Positions 16,413-18,597 of a stretch of DNA of 18,597 nt are shown here, piece after piece. The translations under genes and the position numbers were made by a program. The notes under the pieces were generated by a model that saw only the letters and a program-made list of their open reading frames with translations, had not been told where the DNA came from and searched no databases. The first letter of the stretch is position 1. Each line of letters starts with the position of its first letter. Source of the DNA: Armatimonadota bacterium (GTDB lineage Bacteria > Armatimonadota > Armatimonadia > Armatimonadales > Armatimonadaceae); assembly GCA_043754515.1 (NCBI GenBank), contig JAYUUO010000024.1, forward strand, positions 1 to 18,597. The letters are read 5' to 3'.

Positions 16413-17090
16413 TCAATCGCTCCCTGGATCGTCGCCCACCTCCGGTGGGGCGAATGACACGCGGCGGTATATGTCGGCGAGAGGGACTGCGGCCGCGACG
16501 CCGTTCAGCGTCACGGTCAGTGTTTCGCCGACGTCGTGATGCTCGGCGACCAGCGACCAGATGCCGTTCTCGCCGCGCTCGAAATGTTCCACGCACGGTC
16601 TATCTTGCTCGACGAGCACGTAATGCTTCAGCGTCGGGCGGGTGCGGTACTTCGCGAACTTGTCGCCCCGATCGTCGGCCGCTGTAGATGGGGAAAGCAC
16701 CTCGACGATCAGAACCGGGTTGTAGAGTGCCGACGACACACCAATCTCCGGTTTGCCACACACGACAACTACATCGGGATACAAGCCGTTTGTGTTCGCG
16801 ATGTAGATGCGCTGGTCACTCGGAAGCGTGTCGCAACCAGCGGCACGAACCGCACCAGTCAGCGCGTAGTAAAAATCGACTGTGATGGCGTTGTGCTCAT
16901 AAGTAGCTCCTGACATTCCGACAAACTTTCCTTCTCGCAACTGGTGCTTGCGCTCCTTGGTTTCCTCGAACGCCGCCCATTCCGCAACGGTGTAATGTGA
17001 GTCAGGCGTTGCGTGGCGCGGGGAGTGTCCATTTTGCGGCGAAGGTACGGCGGGGGGCGCGGCAGATTTCTCGAGCGTGGCGGTTGTCAT
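16413..17090 (-). CDS. Uma2 (DUF820) family endonuclease, second paralog
   Basis: MSGATYEHNAI, LYPDVVVVCG, NPVLIVEVLSPSTAADDRGDKF, HYVLVEQD. ATG 17090 follows AGGAG, with TATAAT at 17114-17109. Confidence 0.9.
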   Translation of the reverse strand: MTTATLEKSAAPPAVPSPQNGHSPRHATPDSHYTVAEWAAFEETKERKHQLREGKFVGMSGATYEHNAITVDFYYALTGAVRAAGCDTLPSDQRIYIANTNGLYPDVVVVCGKPEIGVSSALYNPVLIVEVLSPSTAADDRGDKFAKYRTRPTLKHYVLVEQDRPCVEHFERGENGIWSLVAEHHDVGETLTVTLNGVAAAVPLADIYRRVSFAPPEVGDDPGSD

Positions 17091-17243
17091 GGGTTTCTCC
17101 TGGCCGTTATTATACCGGCTGATTCCAGGCCATCGCCGTCGCCAGCTGACATGGCTGAGCATGACGAACCCCGACTAGCAACTGGTCTATAATGCAATCG
17201 CCCTAAGATATAAGGAGACGTAAATACCGAACCGCGGCGTGCG

Positions 17244-17252
17244 TGGTACACT
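17244..17252 (+). promoter_or_regulatory. Extended -10 box (TGgTACACT) 9 nt before the metH start
   Basis: gcgTGGTACACTaattatcccATG, with no Shine-Dalgarno between box and start. Confidence 0.55.
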
Positions 17253-17261
17253 AATTATCCC

Positions 17262-18597
17262 ATGAACGAACTGATAACCGAGGCAATAACACACCGCATT
17301 CTTGTCATTGACGGCGCGATGGGCACCATGCTCCAGCGGCACAAGCTTACCGAGTCCGACTACCGGGGCGAGCGGTTCGCTGCGCATCCGGTTGACCTCA
17401 AGAATAATAACGAGGCGTTGAACTTCACGCGCCCGGACCTGATCCTCGGTGTTCATGAAGCGTACCTGAACGCGGGCGCGGATATTATCGAAACGAACAC
17501 CTTCAACGCCAACGCCGTCGCGATGGCGGACTACGACCTGGTGCCCCTCGTGCGCGAAATGAACCTTCTGGCGGCGGGGATCGCGCGGAAGGCGGTGGAC
17601 GCGGCGAACGCAAGCGACCCGTCCAAAACGCGCTACGTCGCGGGCGCGCTGGGGCCGTGTACGCGGTCGGCGTCGGTAGTAGTGAACGCCGACAAGCCGG
17701 AGTTCCGCAACGTCACGTTTGACGAGTTGTACGCGGCATATAAAGAGCAGGCGCAGGCGTTACTTGACGGCGGCGTGGATCTGCTCCTGTGCGAGACGAC
17801 GTTCGACACGCTGAACTTGAAGGCCGCGCTTCTGGCGATTCAAGAACTGTTCGATGAACAACCGGCGCGGCGTGTCCCCCTTTCCGTCTCGCTCACGATC
17901 ACTGACAACGCGGGCGGCAACCTGTCCGGCCAGAACCTGGCGGCGATGTGGCACTCGATCCGGCACGCGCCGCTTTTCTCCGTGGGGCTGAACTGTGCGC
18001 TCGGTCCGAAGGAAATGCGCCCGTTCATCGCGGAGTTGTCGCACGTCGCCGACACGTTCGTTTCCGCGTACCCGAACGCGGGGCTTCCCGATCCGCTCTC
18101 CGAGACCGGCTTCCCCGAAACGCCCGAATCGCTCGCGCCGCAACTGCGCGAATGGGCAACATCGGGCTACCTGAATATCGTCGGCGGCTGTTGTGGCACG
18201 ACGCCCGCGCATATCAAGGCCATTGCGGATGCGGTGGAAGGCTTGCCGCCGCGCCCGGTGCCAAAGGGGAACGAGTGGATGAAATTGTCCGGGACGGAAC
18301 CGTTCACGTTGCGCCCGGAGACGAACTTCGTGAATATCGGCGAGCGGTGCAACGTCGCCGGGTCGCCGAAGTTCGCCAAACTGGTGCGCGAAGGCAAGTT
18401 CGAGGAGGCACTGTCGGTAGCGCGGCAACAGGTCGAGAACGGGGCGCAGGTGCTCGACATCTGCTTCGATGACGGGTTGCTGGACGGCGCGACGTGCATG
18501 ACGCACTTCCTGAACCTGATCCAGGCCGAGCCGGACATTCACAGGGTGCCGCTCGTGATTGACTCGTCCAAGTGGGAAGTGATCGAGGCGGGCCTGA
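17262..18597 (+). CDS. metH: Cobalamin-dependent methionine synthase, 5' part (runs off the window)
   Basis: RILVIDGAMGTMLQ, YLNAGADIIETNTF, ETTFDTLNLKAA, GLNCALGP, AYPNAGLP, NIVGGCCGTTPAHI, FVNIGERCNVAGSPKF, IDSSKWEVIEAGL. Confidence 0.97.
   Translation, partial: MNELITEAITHRILVIDGAMGTMLQRHKLTESDYRGERFAAHPVDLKNNNEALNFTRPDLILGVHEAYLNAGADIIETNTFNANAVAMADYDLVPLVREMNLLAAGIARKAVDAANASDPSKTRYVAGALGPCTRSASVVVNADKPEFRNVTFDELYAAYKEQAQALLDGGVDLLLCETTFDTLNLKAALLAIQELFDEQPARRVPLSVSLTITDNAGGNLSGQNLAAMWHSIRHAPLFSVGLNCALGPKEMRPFIAELSHVADTFVSAYPNAGLPDPLSETGFPETPESLAPQLREWATSGYLNIVGGCCGTTPAHIKAIADAVEGLPPRPVPKGNEWMKLSGTEPFTLRPETNFVNIGERCNVAGSPKFAKLVREGKFEEALSVARQQVENGAQVLDICFDDGLLDGATCMTHFLNLIQAEPDIHRVPLVIDSSKWEVIEAGL

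Noticed and set aside
17120..17261. SAM, SAH or cobalamin riboswitch upstream of metH
   Set aside because: No recognisable consensus, only weak hairpins, and a -10 box sits 9 nt from the ATG.
17760..18542. 260-aa minus-strand ORF and other ORFs over metH
   Set aside because: Antisense or alternative-frame shadows of metH.
18595..18597. Terminal TGA as the metH stop codon
   Set aside because: It is out of frame (..GGC CTG A); the gene continues beyond the window.

Overview
GC-rich bacterial window, probably Armatimonadota-like (inferred from several VPEAG/VPEAN-type PEP-CTERM proteins and paired Uma2 genes). Left to right it holds: (-) an edge-truncated GT-C/ArnT-like membrane glycosyltransferase, a metallophosphoesterase and a D-aminoacylase; (+) a 1076-aa Asp-box beta-propeller secreted protein and a PEP-CTERM protein; (-) an internally deleted ArsB-like permease upstream of a T4 Rnl1-type RNA ligase that is translationally coupled to a Nudix hydrolase; then a partly decayed block between two Uma2 nuclease genes, containing a GT29 sialyltransferase-like gene, gene remnants, an orphan YefM antitoxin, a PEP-CTERM-anchored vanadium haloperoxidase/PAP2 protein and a PEP-CTERM pseudogene; and finally the 5' part of metH. 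The most notable observations are the Rnl1-Nudix pair with no Pnkp in the window (candidate RNA end-processing or repair module), a bacterial GT29 with all four sialylmotifs, several perfect but mutually unrelated palindromes inside coding sequences, and recurrent leaderless-type promoters. Family assignments come from motif recognition by eye, not from database searches.
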